Shown: one piece after another, positions 63,301-64,000 of the stretch
How the letters are laid out: each line of letters begins with the position of its first letter
How positions within the stretch are numbered: position 1 is the first letter of the stretch
NCBI RefSeq assembly: GCF_006345805.1
Contig: NC_043005.1
Coordinates: 109,368,001-109,432,000 of the forward strand
Length of the DNA stretch: 64,000 nt
Direction: 5' to 3'
Source of the DNA: Octopus sinensis
Lineage: Eukaryota
The notes under the pieces: generated by a model
The model's database searches: none
The model's input: only the letters and a program-made list of their open reading frames with translations
Told to the model about the DNA's origin: nothing
Made by a program: the position numbers and the translations under genes

Positions 63301-64000
63301 AATGACAATGGAGGCGATGATGATGATGACAAGGATGATGCTGATGACAACAAAGACAACGATGATGACGACGATAACGACGATGATGAGGATGACGACA
63401 ACAACAATGATGATGGCGATGACAATGGAGGCGATGATGATGATGACAAGGATGATGCTGATGACAACAATGACAACGATGATGACGACGATAACGACGA
63501 TGATGGGGATGACGACAACAACAATGATGATGGCAATGACAATGGATGAGGCGATGATGATGATGATGACAAGGATGATGCTGATGAACAATGACAACGA
63601 TGATGACGACGATAACGACGATGATGGGGATGACGACAACAACAATGATGATGGCAATGACAATGGAGGCGATGATGATGATGACAAGGATGATGCTGAT
63701 GACAACAAAGACAACGATGATGACGACGATAACGACGATGATGAGGATGACGACAACAACAATGATGATGGCAATGACAATGGAGGCGATGATGATGATG
63801 ACAAGGATGATGCTGATGACAACAAAGACAACGATGATGACGACGATAACGACGATGATGAGGATGACGACAACAACAATGATGATGGCGATGACAATGG
63901 AGGTGATGATGATGATGACAAGGATGATGCTGATGACAACAAAGACAACGATGATGACGACGATAACGACGATGATGAGGATGACGACAACAACAATGAT
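57362..64000. repeat. Tandem satellite, 117-bp (39-triplet) unit, about 56 copies, runs off the window
   Basis: Anchor ggaggc recurs every 117 bp (for example 57662 and 57779); unit gatgatgatgatgacaaggatgatgctgatgacaacaaagacaacgatgatgatgacgataacgacgatgatgaggatgacgacaacaacaatgatgatggcaatgacaatggaggc. Confidence 0.97.

Noticed and set aside
57312-63996. 2086-aa and 2212-aa minus-strand ORFs
   Set aside because: Antisense phases of the GAT/GAC satellite cannot contain stops; poly-Ser/Ile/Val/His output is an artefact of composition.

Overview
Repeat-saturated, AT-rich eukaryotic window, most consistent with an octopus or other coleoid cephalopod. That assignment is inferred from the SINE/LINE families I recognise and the extreme microsatellite density; no database search was run. 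I found no host protein-coding exon, rRNA, true tRNA or CRISPR array that I can support, and nearly all long ORFs in the track are microsatellite translations. Supported content: several tRNA-derived SINE families; truncated RTE, RTE-X, Tx1/L1 and Dong/R4 LINE relics; a decayed Penelope-like element (RT plus GIY-YIG region); an internally deleted mariner; hAT- and piggyBac-type MITEs; a Helitron RepHel relic split by two younger insertions; a near-identical 896-bp tandem duplication; and a satellite of at least 6.6 kb with a 117-bp unit grown from a retroposon (GAT)n tail. The most interesting signals are two non-canonical minimal hammerhead-ribozyme-like motifs in repeats that are probably Penelope-derived. 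One has the C3-G8 core pair swapped to G3-C8; the other has A6 replaced by U in all three copies. The satellite also carries an ATG-initiated frame that stays open to the window end. SINE family letters (A, B, E, M, R) are my own labels, and most repeat boundaries are approximate.
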